Source: Camelus ferus
Lineage: Eukaryota
Direction of reading: 5' to 3'
DNA: 64,000 nucleotides
Assembly: GCF_009834535.1 (NCBI RefSeq)
Contig: NC_045696.1
Coordinates: 16,494,001-16,558,000, forward strand
Shown: positions 1 through 13,330 of the stretch, piece after piece
How positions within the stretch are numbered: position 1 is the first letter of the stretch
Layout of the letters: each line of letters starts with the position of its first letter
The notes under the pieces: generated by a model
Databases searched by the model: none
Told to the model about the DNA's origin: nothing
What the model saw: the letters and a program-made list of their open reading frames with translations, nothing else
Made by a program: the position numbers and the translations under genes

Positions 1-535
1 ACCAGCTGTTTGGAGGGAGCCAACAGCTGCAGTAAAAGTTCATGCAGCCAGGTCTTAGTCTTCTGTGTGGGAATTATCCATGTGACGAATTTTCTTTGCC
101 AACATTTTGAATCCTACCTGGCTTCTCAATTCCCTTTCTCACTCAGAAAATTTCCAATTTATTTTCTACCAATCGTGAGAACATAAACTAAATTTTAATA
201 TTAATCTAATTGAAATTAGAATTAATTAGAAAGCAAAATCTGTGTTGCAAAAAAAAATAAAAATAACATAGATACTAGAGTTTCACACCAAAGTATGCAC
301 CTGCAGATTGTTAAAGGTCATGGATTGGAATTTCTTTAGGTAATTATAAATTGAGGCACAAATTCTCATGAGGCTGGTTTATAATACTTAGCATATCCAG
401 TGTTCTTAGAAAGCAGCAGGAATATACTGAACTAGAGTACAAATAGTTCTTTACAACCCAAAATTACCATTAATTCTATAAGAAAATTCCTTGAATTGTT
501 GGAACATATCAGGTCACCTCCCCTGCCAAAATTCT

Positions 536-829
536 AGAGCCATGTTTGTCTAACAGAAATATAAGGTGAAGTTGTCTGTAAATTTTCTAGTAGCTACATT
601 AAAAAAAAATTCAAAATAAAGGTGAGTTAATTTTAATAGTACATTTTTATTTAAACAATGTATTTGAATCGTTATTTCAACATATGATCAACATTAAAGA
701 AGTAGTGATTTTTTAATTCCATTTTTCTTACTAAGTCTTCAGGGTCTGGGCTGCATTTTACACTTAGGCGCGCTTCAGTCAGGGCTGGCTACGTCTGTGT
801 CCGCAGCTGCCGTTCTGGACAGACTCTAG
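536..829. mobile_element. hAT-Charlie MITE (MER33/MER3-like)
   Basis: Characteristic TTTTCTAGTAGCTACATTAAAAA core and degenerate inverted ends (tgtctaacagaa ... ttctggaca). Confidence 0.6.
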
Positions 830-1279
830 GCTTTCCCTCCACGCACACTCAGAGTTCCCTTTGGACTTTGGTGACTTTAACTGAATGTGTAAAGGGAAGT
901 AGGGGATCATTTGGAGGCAAGTTTGAGGGGACAGAGTTTTGGATGGTTGAAGGTGGATTGGTGATAAGGCCTGTCTGCTGCAGGGGGAACTTTCAGTGGC
1001 TTTGGCTCCCAGGGGACAGGAGCATCTCTTAAGGGTGGATCAAGAGGAACAATTATTGAAAGGATTGGCTCTCTCAGTAATGCATGGGGGCCCTGGCAGA
1101 GGGTATGGCAGGGGGTGGATATTTTTGCATAAACTAGTGCTTTCCAACCTCGCCACAAACACGTGTAGTATTTGTTTAGTATTCGGGGGTACACAGGCAA
1201 GGCTCTTAATAGTGAGTGGTAACGTCTTGATGAGAGCCAGTGCTGTGCAGTTCCAGCTGTGCTGTTAGCTGTGCTGACA

Positions 1280-2010
1280 GAACTGAGTGGATCTGAGAGA
1301 CATGTAGTTAGTAGGCTTGATGTGACTTGGTAATGAATTGGATGGAGGGAGTGCGGTGGGGGAAACAGGAGTCAGGGACATCTCTGAAGTTTGTCACTTG
1401 GACATGTGGGTGGTTGGTTGGTGGTGTCATTTATTAAGCTAGGAAATTCAGAAATAGTAAGTTTGGTGAGGAAGGAGAAGTTAAGGTTTTGTTCATTTTG
1501 AAAAATTTGGGTGTGTCAGGTGCTTGTGGAACACCCCAGTGGATGTCCAGGAGTGTCTTGGACGTACAATCTGGGACTCAGAAGAGCTGTGTGGATTAGA
1601 AGCAGAGGGGTGGATGATATAAAAGCATAAGTGGTAATTAAAGCTGAGCAAATCAAGGAGCTAGCCCAGAGAGGAGGCTTAGAGTGAAAAGAGCCTAGGG
1701 ACAGAATCCTTGACAGGCAGAGAAAGAAAAGGGTGGCCAGATAGTCAAAATAACAAGCAGGAGGGAATGCCACAGAAGCCGGTAGAAAAGAACACTGAGC
1801 AGGGAAGGTGAGCAGTGGGAATGAGGACCAAAAAGTGTCCACTGAGTTGGCAACAAGGAGGTGTGTGGGGAGAATGTTTTGGTGGAGCTGTGAGGCTGTG
1901 ACCAGATTGAAGGAGATGAGGCAAGAATGGGAGGTGAGGAAGGGGAGGCTCCAAGGGTAAACCCCACTTTCAAAAACTATGGCTGAAGAGGAGCAGAAGG
2001 AGGGGGGTGG
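1280..2010 (-). mobile_element. Ancient L2 LINE fragment
   Basis: Purine-rich L2-like motifs (gtgacttggtaatgaattggat, aagtgtccactgagttggcaac). Confidence 0.6.
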
Positions 2011-2071
2011 CTTTAAACACCTTTTTGTATATTTAGAATGAAAACTTTTTTTTTTCTTTGCTGCCTTTTAG

Positions 2072-2137
2072 GTACAAATTAGATTTCATAGAAGAGAAGG
2101 CATCTCAGAACCCTGAGAGAATAGTCAAACTATGCAG
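2072..2137 (+). CDS. MRPL39: Mitochondrial ribosomal protein L39, internal coding exon (66 bp)
   Basis: Polypyrimidine tract + TAG acceptor, GTAAGT donor. Reads YKLDFIEEKASQNPERIVKLC(R), matching recalled MRPL39, and is in phase with the next exon. Confidence 0.93.
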
Positions 2138-3013
2138 GTAAGTAAAAATTTAAAAATTGGCTGCTATGCTAATTTATAGGAAGGTTTAGTGTATGGCTGA
2201 AAAAGAGGGATTTGTTCCTTAATTTGTTATTTTTATTACTCTATTTTCTGTTGGTTTGTTCCGTGTGTGATATGGTGGTAATTGGAAGCTTCATGTCATC
2301 TTCAGGAACAGTTGTGGTTTCTGTTCCTCATTTTATTGTTTGTTATTTTTATTTCTACATTTTAAGAGCTGGAAACCATTGTTTAAAAATGTGATTTTTT
2401 TTTTAAGAGTTAATACTGAGATTGGGCAAAATAGTCATTGTTATGAATTGAACACAATTCATAGCTATATAGAAATATGAATACTGACTAGTTACTGCTT
2501 ATTTTACACATCAATAAGCTTTGTCAGTCAGAATGTGCTTTCTGTCATGGGAATGAGAGAGGTAAGACAGTGTATTATGCAAAAATGACTTCATGGCCTG
2601 TATCTGTTTTCTCAACCTTATATTTTCTTGACTCAGACCTAACTTTTTTACCCTAGAAAGCTGCAATTTGGACACAATCTGTTCCACATGCTAAATTCTG
2701 AACTGTATTGAAATTAATTATTGTAAGGTTATAAGTTACCAGTTCTAGACATTTGATCCACTTGATAGCATATGTCCAGTGATCCTAAAAATCTTTAAAA
2801 TTATATCAATGTTAATTAAGAAAAAGGTTCACTGACTTTAATTTTCAAAATTTGAGTCTCTTAACCTGAGATGGTTATGTCAAGGGCTATTAGAGATTGA
2901 ATTGATCCACATAAATAGATTGTTCTTGATTAGGGATATAGTGGCAAAGAGAATGAATGGATTTATTTTTAATTATTGTAGTGATTTGATTTTGCGGTTT
3001 CATTTATTTTTAA

Positions 3014-3190
<177 letters not shown>

Positions 3191-3589
3191 TAGTGTTTCA
3201 CGTCGTTCCGTTGGACGGTGGGTGTGATTCTGATTCTTGGTTTTTATACCAATTTGAAGGACACACATTTTAATTTTCACTCACTTGTGTAGCACTGATC
3301 TTTTGAAAACTCAGGTTTATGGTTAAAAAATAATTTTATACGGGATATAAACAGATAATTTAGAAAAGAAATATTAGTTGAGAAAGTCAAATCCAATTGA
3401 AGTAGTATTTTTAATGTTTAGTCTAGAGGAGGGTGTGGTAAGGAGTAGAGCCCATACTGAGAGGACTTTCTGGAATGCCTTTTGGCCTTACATTTGGCAT
3501 GTTCTTCTCCCTAATTTTGAGGATCTGTTCCATTTATTCCATATCATTTTCAGTATTGTTCCCATTCCATGCTAACCCTTTTCTTTTTA

Positions 3590-4210
3590 AAATTACACTT
3601 CTGATTTTTGAAACAACTGTAGATTTACATGTAGTCATAAGAAGTAATACAGAGAGATCCCTAGTACCTTTACCCAGTTTCTCCAATGGTAACATCTTGC
3701 AAAGTTGTAGTACAGCATCACAGCCAGAGCGTGGACGCTGACACAGTGAGCACACAGGGCAGTTCCTTCCCCTCATGTTGGCCTTTTATAGCCACAGCCA
3801 CTCGCACCCACTCCCCTCTGCCCACCTCCGCCTCCTTGCTTCTGGCAACTGCTAATCTGTTCTCCATTCCTATAATTTTGTTATTTGAAGAATGTCATAT
3901 GAATGGGATCACTCACTACTGTAATCTTTTGGGACTGGCTTTTTTCATTCAGCATAATTCTCTGGAGATTCTTCCAGGTTGTTGCAAGTATCCATATATG
4001 CGTGGTTCGTTCTTACTGCTGAGTGGTGTTCCTTGGTGTGTTGGTACTCCGCGTGGATGTACCAGTTTCATTTGTTCATTCCTTTGTGGAGGGTATTTGG
4101 GTTGTTTCTGGCTATTTTGAATAAAGCTACTAGAAATAAAACTGCTATGAACATTGATGTATTGGTTATTGTGAATATATGTTTTTAGTTTGTTGGGATA
4201 AATTCCTCTG
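3590..4210 (-). mobile_element. Old L1M 3' fragment
   Basis: L1M 3'UTR motifs (agaagtaatacagagagatcc, ttttcattcagcataattctctggagatt). Confidence 0.7.
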
Positions 4211-5102
4211 CCCCAAACTTTCCGATGGCTTCTCATCAACAAATGCCAACCCTTCACTCAGTCTCACAGAGCCCTACGTTATCTGATGTCATCTCTGACT
4301 CACCACTTTCTCCATCACCCATAATATTATCCACTCACACCTTAAAGTCTCCCAGCAGCTGTTCGTCCTGCCTGAGCCAGGTGTGATTTTCCCTTTAAAC
4401 ATACCGCTGCTCTTTCTCCAGAGGGGTGGCGTGTACGTATTTAGTAATTTTACCTTTTATCATAGATTTTAGCAGCTCATCCAGTGTAAAATAGTCCCAG
4501 ACCCTTCAGCTGACTTGGTAACGTTAATGTGATTACTGTGCACTCTGCACAGTTTTCATGCGTGCGTTCTGATAATCCTCTGCTACGTGAGATTGTTAAG
4601 GATTAAGGAAATTGGTTGTATAATTTTACTATTGCCTTCATTAGTTTTTACTTGTTCTTTAAGGTAATTTACTAAATCCTCTAGGTTGTTTGTTTTCAGT
4701 ATGAGATATCACAATTGGTTCTTAATGACCCTTTCCTTGCAATTGTTTATGATTTGAAGAATGACCTCTAGAATGTTGAAATTGGCTGTTTAAAGAAAGA
4801 ACTGCAGGAAAGTGGGGCATATTTTTGCTTCTCCTTAGAAAGAAGGCTTTCTATGGCAGTAGTGATTAAGAAGCACATAGAGGAAGAATGGCATTCTCAG
4901 TCCTTAAGTCTTTTTGTCTTAAATGTAAAACAGCAGCTGTTCTGCAAAGTACATACCTTTTTTCCCGATTCGAACTCTTAGCCTCATTAATCTGCCTAAC
5001 TTTTTATATATTTGCTTTGTTTAAAACCTATATGAAGACTTAGCCTCTTTTATTGTAACTTTATGGCTTTATTTAATTCATAATAAATCTTGTCTTTTCA
5101 AG

Positions 5103-5150
5103 GCACATTTTACAGTATGGAATAAGCTATTGGAAAGATCTCGGAAAATG
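5103..5150 (+). CDS. MRPL39: MRPL39 penultimate coding exon (48 bp)
   Basis: ttttcaAG acceptor, GTAAGT donor. Reads AHFTVWNKLLERSRKM in phase 0. Confidence 0.94.
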
Positions 5151-6639
5151 GTAAGTATTTTTGACAGCACGTGAGTACACTTCTATGAAGAAATTTTCTT
5201 TGAAATTAAGCAACAGCCCACCACCACCACAGCAAAATAATAAAAGAGAAAAGAAGGAGAAAGAAAGAAAAAAGTAATGAGCTGTGTCAGTAGCTAACGC
5301 AGTATTGTGGTTGTTGACCTCGTTAGTGCTTTGGCAAAAGAAGACTTGTTATTTGGCAATTCTCTTTGTTTTTATTTGTTAACATCATGGGAATGATACT
5401 GTAGAACTTGAAGGGTAATAAGGATGTTACTGTGTAGTAGTAGTCATTGTCAATGGTTTTAATGGTGTTACTTAGGTCTTCACAACTTTTTTGTAAACTT
5501 AATGAACGTTTAAAGATTTGCCAGATTTGTTTTAAAGCTGCCTTGACAGTTGACATATTAAATGTGCAAATGTCCTGGAAAACCAAATCTGAATGCTTGT
5601 GTCACTACAGTTTATTCTGGGTCGTTAGCATTTAGATTTCACAAATAGAATGATTGGATTTCTTGACCACAACTATCCCTACTCACTGTTTCATAAACTG
5701 AGTGTTCAGCTCCTACTTACATTATCTGATGGCTGTCCTGTGTAACCTGGCCTCATGAACCCTTCCTCGTTACCCGGATTTTCCACTCTAGTCAAGCTTT
5801 CAAGCACACATCAAACTTACTTTCTTGTGCTTTTTAGTTAGTTAGTTGACAAATCTGTCATCTCACAGAGTTACGATTTTTTTTATGGTGAGAACTTAAA
5901 CAATCCACTTTCTTAGCAACTCTCAAATACACAGTACAGTATTGTTAACTCAAACTTGTTTACCGGTTTGTTTCTTTCTTCATGACAGTTCTGTCAAGAC
6001 CCTATTTCCCGCCTTCCTCCCGTCTTTTACACCCTACTCGTTCTTCAGTGCCATGCTCAGGTCTCACCTTCTCCATGAAGCTTTCTCAGAGTAATCTCTG
6101 AGCAAATAATCCATTCCTACAATTTCCACTTGATTACACACGTCCTCATATTGTTCTCTGTCTTTGCTAGTACCTCTGCATTCAGTGTGTGAACCCACTC
6201 TGGATTTGTTGCACATGTGTGATGCCAAAGTTGGAACCCAGTATTTGATACTTGGGAATATTTATCGATTATTTTGCACGATGGTGTATAAACCTAGTCC
6301 TTATTAACGACTTTACAGATAGAATTTACTTTTTAGGCACTTAGCCATAATATCTTGTGTAAAGGTTATGTAATTCTCTTTCATGAAAAGAAAGTTTTTT
6401 TGAATAGATGGAATCCAACTTTGTCTCTTTGGTTGGTCATAATGACTATTTTAGATTAAGAGATTAGAGAATAAATGCGTATTTAAGAAATGAAGAAAAA
6501 TAGGGGAGACAGTAACCTAGAGTATTTAGTGGAAATCAGTGAGTAGCTGTTTCTGCAGCATTTATTCTGGTTTAGTTTTCTTCTTCCACTCTTCATTTTG
6601 CTTGTCCAAAGGGAGTAGGTTAAGCATATGGTTGGTTCA

Positions 6640-7480
6640 TTGGTTCAACTACATTGACTTATTGAGTGTTTGTTACATGCCAGGAACCATAATATAGTGC
6701 TGAACAGAACTGACTTGCTGCCTCAAGGAAGTTACTTGAACAGGATAACTAGACTTACAAACAGACAATTCAGGGGGACAAGTGGGGCTCTGGCATAAGA
6801 AGAGAAGGACCCAAGCCAGGCTGAGGGGTTGGTTAAGGAAGGTCCCCAAGAATTGGTATTTCTTAAGCTGGTTTTAAAAGGTGAATAAAAGTGGTCCAGG
6901 CAGATCATTTGCTTGGGATTGAGTTTATCTCAGAGGAAGCTACTTGCCTAAAAGTCATGGAGGAATAGAGAGCATAGCCAGAGTAAGATGAATTTGGATG
7001 TATAGATGTCCTGATGAGTGAAGGGTAGGTGATGAGTCCAGATATGTTTGCTGGAAATGGAATATGAGGGTCTTGTTTTCCATGACATGGAGCTTACATT
7101 CCCTTCCTGGAGGAGATTGGAGGTAACTGAAGACTTTGAACAAGGATGTGACCTATTGGTAAACTAGTCCTGCTTAGAAACTCATCCTGGGTGCAGCACG
7201 GAAGATAGCTGTGACTTGAGCCAGCAGTCCTGTAAGGGGTGGCAGAGGGCAGGATCCTGCCGTTCAGGCACGGTTGTGGAAATGGCCGTGAAGGCTCCTT
7301 CGGTGGGGTTAATGGAGCTGGTGATTAAACAGGCAGTAAGAGAGCTGTGGTTCCCTCATGCCAGGCTTGGACATCGGGGCAGAGCCCTTCACTGAAGTAG
7401 ATCGTGTGGGAAGTGGGGCAGGCTAGGAGGAGACGAAGGATACAGTTTAGCTCTGTTTGATATGTCTGAGTGACATAGAA
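6640..7480 (-). mobile_element. Degraded L2 fragment
   Basis: L2 3' end motif ttattgagtgtttgttacatgccagg followed by a purine-rich body. Confidence 0.5.
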
Positions 7481-7911
7481 GAGAAATATGAACATACAGA
7501 TAGTCTGTTTCTACTAAACCTGCAATATACTATGTTCAAATGGAATTACTAATTTTTTCAACAAAATAGATTGATTTAAAATATCTTGTGGGAGCATTGC
7601 TGATACTCTTCTTATACTAATGACTTCACCTCATAGATAGAAAGTAAAATGACTGATTTGAGAAGTCTACATATATGCTTCATATTACATTTCAAATGGA
7701 ATTGTTGTATTTTACTTGGTAATTTATATTGGGAACTTGGCTGTGTAAGTTTTCTTCTCTTTAACTTATTTAAGTTTCTATAATAATTGCTATTGAAGGA
7801 GAAAGACAAAGGGTCACTATAGGAGAAGGACCGTGGAATGATTTTAAATGATGGGTGGAGGGTAAAACTAACATGTTTATTAGAAAAGTAAAGCTACTTA
7901 TGTTTTCACAG

Positions 7912-7959
7912 GTAACTGAAGATCAAAGTAAGCCTGCAGAGGGAAGTGCAACTACGTAA
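7912..7959 (+). CDS. MRPL39: MRPL39 terminal coding exon
   Basis: ttttcacAG acceptor. Reads VTEDQSKPAEGSATT* (human C-terminus recalled as VTEDQSKATEECTST), with tandem TAA TAA stops. Confidence 0.92.
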   Translation, partial: VTEDQSKPAEGSATT

Positions 7960-7990
7960 TAACTCTCTCTGACTTAAATATGTATAGTAA

Positions 7991-8030
7991 ATTAAAATAA
8001 AAGTTTTCTATGTGATGTTTGTGCGTGCTT
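7991..8030 (+). terminator. MRPL39: MRPL39 polyadenylation signal and GU-rich downstream element
   Basis: Overlapping ATTAAA (7991-7996) and AATAAA (7996-8001) about 35 nt after the stop, followed by TGTGATGTTTGTGCGTG. Confidence 0.8.
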
Positions 8031-8349
8031 ATAAAGATTATCGTTTTCTGCCTTAAGATTTACACTGATGTTTACTTTTTTCTTTCTCTAAAGGATAAAA
8101 CAACCATGTTCACAGTAACAATTTTACATAGAAACAACCCTGTCCACCCTTACTCCCCAGGTGTAAAACTTCGACATGTTTTCTTCTTTCAGTCCTTTTT
8201 TCTACATGTATAAACATATATGTACAAATGCAAATGTAATCTTCAAAAAACATAAATAGGATCATACTAGTATCCATTTTTTGCTATTTTGAACAGTAGG
8301 GTAGTAAACACCCTTGTGCAAAATGGCAAGTGTTTTGTAGGTAGATAGA

Positions 8350-8560
8350 TAAACTATTTACTGAGTTAGCTGAGTATTTCCTGTATACTGGCCATTGTGC
8401 TAAGCTTTTCATGTGGAATCTCTTATATAATCCTGACGACAACCTGTTGAGAAGGTGAGTCCCTTTTGTAAATGAGGAAACTGGAGAACATAGAACTGGC
8501 GAGTAGCAAAGCCAGAATTTGGACCCAGGTAATTTCACTCTCATGCCCTTCGGTACTACA
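8350..8560 (-). mobile_element. MIR SINE
   Basis: Core motif ttttgtaaatgaggaaactggag and upstream tactggccattgtgctaagc. Confidence 0.65.
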
Positions 8561-9430
8561 CACTGCCTCTCCTGTGAGTAGTTTTGTAGGAATAGATTTC
8601 TGGTAGTGGAATTCTTGACAGATGCTGCCAGAACCTAGCCTGCAGAAGGGTTTGTCAGATGGCCATCCCAACAACAGTGTCTGAGGGCGCCGGCTTCCCC
8701 TGCCTTGGGCAAGTCTTGATTATCAGGCTTTAAAATGATTTTGCCAAAAAAGTTCTTCCCGTTCCAGGTTGAACCCCTTGCCTTCCGAGCTGGGTGCGTA
8801 GGTTTCATCCAGAGATCTTCTTTCTTCCCTGGGTGGGATCTCCTTCTTCCTGGAGTCCAGTCTCCCTGTTCCTGGTGCACAGCTTTCTCAGTGTGCTGGG
8901 GTCCATAGTGAGTTCTGCCCAAAGAAAAACCTCTAGGAGGTGAGCCCTTGCATGGCTGAAGTGGCTTTGTTTTACAGCCTAACATTTGACAAAGTCTGGC
9001 CAGATGGAGAATTCTAGATTGAAAAATAATTTTCTATTGAGACTTTGAAAGCAGCTCTCTCACCTGGCATCTGGTGTTGCTAATGAGAAGTCTGATACCA
9101 ACCTGATTTAGTTCCTTTTTACAGGCAACCCTGCCTTCCTCCCCCCCTCCTACCCTGCCACTCGTCCACATGCACACATACTACAGATATTTTTAGGACC
9201 TTATGGTTCTTGGTGTTACAAAGTGCTAAAGTTTCATAAGATCTTAAGTTACTCTCCTTGGTACCTTGAATTTTCACATCTCTTTTGAACTCTAGGGAAG
9301 TTTTTCTTTTTTTAAATTCTTTTTTTTTCTCTCTGTTTTTCTAACACCTTTTTGTTGGTTTTTGGATCCTCTATATTGATCTTTTGTATTTTTCTCCTGT
9401 CATTTTTCTTGCGTTTATATTCTAATTTTT

Positions 9431-9753
9431 TTAATTAAAAAATTTATTTATTTTATTGAAGTGCAGTCAATTACAATGTGTCAATTTCTGATGTACAGCA
9501 CAATGTACCAGCCTTGTATATACATACATATGTTCATTTTCATATTTTTTCCATTAAAGGTTATTACATGATATTGAACATAGTTCCCTGTGCTATACAA
9601 AACAAACTTTTTAAAAAAAAATCTATTTATATATATAGGCTAACATTTGTAAATATCAAACTCCCAAATTCTCTCCCACCCCCTTTCCCCGGTAACCATA
9701 AGATTGTTTACTAAGTCAGAGTCTGTTTCTGTTTTGTAGATGAGTTCATAGTG
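9431..9753 (-). mobile_element. Young 5'-truncated L1 3'UTR insertion
   Basis: T-rich tail and L1 3' end (ttattgaagtgcagtc, tagttccctgtgctataca). Perfect 15-bp TSD TATATTCTAATTTTT at 9416-9430 and 9754-9768. Confidence 0.85.
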
Positions 9754-10694
9754 TATATTCTAATTTTTAAATTGAATTTATTATTACCTCAAGCATATTT
9801 TAATTTCTGAAAGCTCTTCTGCATGTTCACAACATCTTGTTTTTGTTTAACAGATAAAATACTTACTTGGAATCTTTCTGAAGATACCAGTGGAGTTATA
9901 TTCATTCATTAGTTCATTTATTTCCTAGTCCCTGAATGATCTCTTTCCTCTAGAGACAGATGTTCTGCTAATCTCAGTCTTTCGTGTTTCAGGCTCCCCC
10001 CCCCCCCATCTGGTGATGGTTGGTTGGTAGTTTTAGGTGAAGATGCAGCTGTAGGGAGACTGAGGGGCAGCTCTGTGGTCTGGGCGAGGCTTGGCTTCTC
10101 TAAGGATGAGTAGCTGAAGCTGGCTGTTACGATGGGGATTTTCTAATGCTAGAATGATGAGGTTGTCTGTCTTGGTGACTAGTTTCCATAACGACTATCC
10201 TCATTCTCCCCAGTCTGCCCTTTTATTTATTTCATGCGATCCCTCCAGTGTGTCACCTGTAGGCCCATACCTGGGTTCAGGCCCTACTGTCTTTGGAGGT
10301 CGGGGGTAAGGGGTAGAGACCACCTGGTTTGCCTGTAGACCCCTTACTTTTTAGCTCTTCTTTCTGTCTTCCACCATCTCTGAGCTTCTCCAGGCCAGCC
10401 TGGCAGGTCGGCCCCTCTGCTGGATTCTGTCCAAGTGCGTTCCAGTGCGTTCTAGGTGGTGACATCCACCGCTGTTAAACTGGTCTCTTCACTGCCGGTC
10501 TTTTAGAAATTGGTCACAGTTTCTTGCCTGCTGCTGCTTTCCTCTCCCATCCCCTTTGTTGTTTGTGGATTTATACTTCTCATTTTTTTCTTTTAAAAAG
10601 TTGTGAAGTATTTTGAGTGTACAGAAAATAATTTAACAAACCCTTATTTGAGTTTATGCTGAATGAGAGCATTTTTCATGCTTTCTGAGCACCT

Positions 10695-11115
10695 AGCGCT
10701 GCCGGAACACCCACTGTTTGGTGGCTTCCCCCTTTATGTCTCTTATCTTACCAAGTGAGAAGTGGAATCTAATTTCCAAACTTCCCTTGCAGCTAGGGGT
10801 TCAGTTAGGCGTCCTGGGCCTAGTTAAACACACCCGTGTGAAATTTAAAAGTGATGCTGTGAAGACACTGGCCCGTGGGGGTCCATCTTGTTGAGGGGAG
10901 CAGTGACGGTAGCAGCGGCAGAGGTCCCGAGTCGGGGTGCGAGGTGCAGGGCTATGCTCAGTGGTTGCCCCCTAGCAGCTGCTCTGTGGTGTAGTCGTGG
11001 GCACTTCTCAGGGTCTTGTAACCTGCTCTCCAAGCCTCAGCCCTGCGAGCCATTGGTTTTTTGCTAACTAGTAGAGGAGATCCTGTTGTTTGCAACCAAG
11101 AATGTTGACAGATAT
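10695..11115 (+). mobile_element. Old MaLR (MLT1-like) LTR
   Basis: Contains ttcccttgcagctagg and ends in gttgtttgcaaccaagaatgttgacagata. Confidence 0.45.
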
Positions 11116-11249
11116 CCACCACCCAAATCAGCCATTGTGAACCTTTTCCCTTGTCAGATCCTTTGTTTTTAAATAAACTGCCTATCCACCAAAGGTTTTC
11201 CTCGTATCATTTCCTTCCAAGAACTGCTGTCCTTTTTGTGCATATCCTC

Positions 11250-13330
11250 ACCAGTCGTGATTTGCAATGTATATCATTCTCTATATGTTAAACTAAACAA
11301 TTGATTTCATGATTCGCGTATCCTCTTGAAATTTGCTTTCATTGCTTAGCGTTATGTATTCATATTTAATGTGTTGATATATGTAGAGGAAGTCTATGTG
11401 CTGAGCTGGTTAATAAGTGTAAGTGTATATAGTATCTCACTGTATGGTTAATCCCACGATTAGTTCATTCTCTCATTGATGATCATTGAGGATGGTCTTG
11501 ACTTTTTAGTATTATAAACAGTACTGCAGAAAATACTCTTGTTTTTGTTTCTTTGTCCACATTTGACAGTATCTCTAGTACATACCTGGAAGTGGGAGAT
11601 CCATCCTCAAGTCCACTAAATATTATTAGTCAGTCACCACAATAGCTGTACCAGTTTACTCCCTATCAGCACTCCGATGGTTCCCGTTTCCCCACTCCTT
11701 CACAAGCAATTTTTATCAAAAATTTCAAATATTTGGTTGGTTGGATATGTGCAATCCCATCTAATTAAATTAATTTGTTTAATACTGTTCATGTAGTGAC
11801 AATGAGCATCTCTTTATTTGTTTATTCTCCAATAAGGTTTCCTCTCCTGTGAGTTATCAGTTTACAGACTTTGCCTAATTTTTTTTTTTTAATTGGATCT
11901 TTGGTCCTTTTAATAGGAGTTCTTCATTGGTTTAGGAAGTTAAACCTTTGTCACTGCAGGTATCTTCTCTAGTCTGGCTTCCCTTTTAACTTCTTTGATG
12001 CTGTCTTTACTTTTAACATGGTCAGAATTATCCATCTTTTCCCTTACGATTTATATGTGTTCAGGAAATTTGAGAAAGCCTTCCCTAACTTGACATTATA
12101 AGGCATTCTTCTGTATTTTTTAATGTTTTAAAGTCTTTTAATATTTAATTGTATCACTTATTTGACATTTAATTTTGCATGTAGAGTGAGGGACCTCATT
12201 TTGAATCTTCCCTCCCCCATGGATAGTCAGTTATTCTCTACCATTTATTTTCTCCCTGCTTGTAGTGGTTATGCCACACATATATCATACCTGTAAATGT
12301 CTGGGTCAGCCTCACTGGTCCATTTGTCTATCCTTGCACCACTGTCACACAGTTTCAATTTTTTTTTTTTTCAAATAAGAAAAGAGTTTATTTGAGGTCT
12401 TAAGAATTGCAGTTTGGGAGACACAGATTTAGGTATCCCTGAAAGAATGTTCCAAGGAAGAGAAAAAGGCAGGTGGTCATAAAGACAAAAAGCCACGAGG
12501 TTGTTAAAAGTTGCCTGGCAAGAATTGTGACTGACTCTAATGAGAGTCAGAAACACAGTTTTCATTATTACAGCTTTATAACACGTTTTGATTTATGATA
12601 TGGTGAATCCTTCCTTATTTTTCTTTTTCAAAATTGTCATGGTTGTTGGATCAGCTTGTCAATTTCTGAGTAACTTGTCTTAAAATCTGTTTTTCTGATA
12701 GTGATATATGTACAAGAAGTTTCTTTAGGTTAGTGGTAAATTTTTTTCCTTTGTTTTTAACTTTTCATATCATTATGTTTTAGGTTTTCCCTTTTAAAAA
12801 GCATACAGGAATCTTTTTTTTTTTTTCTGCCTTAAATCCATACCCCTGCGGTGATCATGGATTTGACAGTTTGTATTTGCTTATTATATTTTGAGACTAT
12901 TTTGTTAGCACTACGTATCCTGATTTGTAACTTTTTTAACTTGGTGGCAAATTGTTTTCCTTTAGCATTAAATAAGGATCCTCTGTATCCATAATAATGA
13001 TTTTCCCCTTAATCTGGTTTTCTCAATCTGTTTTTTCTTTAATCTGGTTCTGTTTTTAGGTTAGATTTTTGTTAGTATTCCCATGGTATATGTTTTTCTG
13101 TTTTTGACTTTTCAAATGTCGTTATGTTTTAAGTCCGTCTTTTGTAAACAGCATGAAACTTATTTTCAAGTCCAGTCTTGGAGTCTTTTATGAAATAAGA
13201 TTTAATTCATATGCCCTTTCCTGTGATTACCATTCCTTTGCATTCTTTCTTCTCCTTTCTTGCCATTTACTGGATTGATCTGATTTTCCTTACTTTTTTT
13301 TTTTCCTATTTTAAAAGTTACATATTCTGT
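11250..13330 (-). mobile_element. Old L1M fragments
   Basis: T-rich degenerate antisense L1 ORF2/3'UTR motifs (gctgtaccagtttactcc, ccttgcaccactgtcacac, attacagctttata). Confidence 0.6.
12359..12552 (-). mobile_element. PolyA-tailed LTR-like fragment inserted in L1M
   Basis: T13 tract, minus-strand AATAAA at 12387-12392, flanking direct repeat ACACAGTTT. Confidence 0.65.

Noticed and set aside
7905..7918. CAG|GTAACT as a recursive or dual-use splice site in MRPL39
   Set aside because: AG|GT is simply the favoured acceptor context, and no downstream exon is evident.
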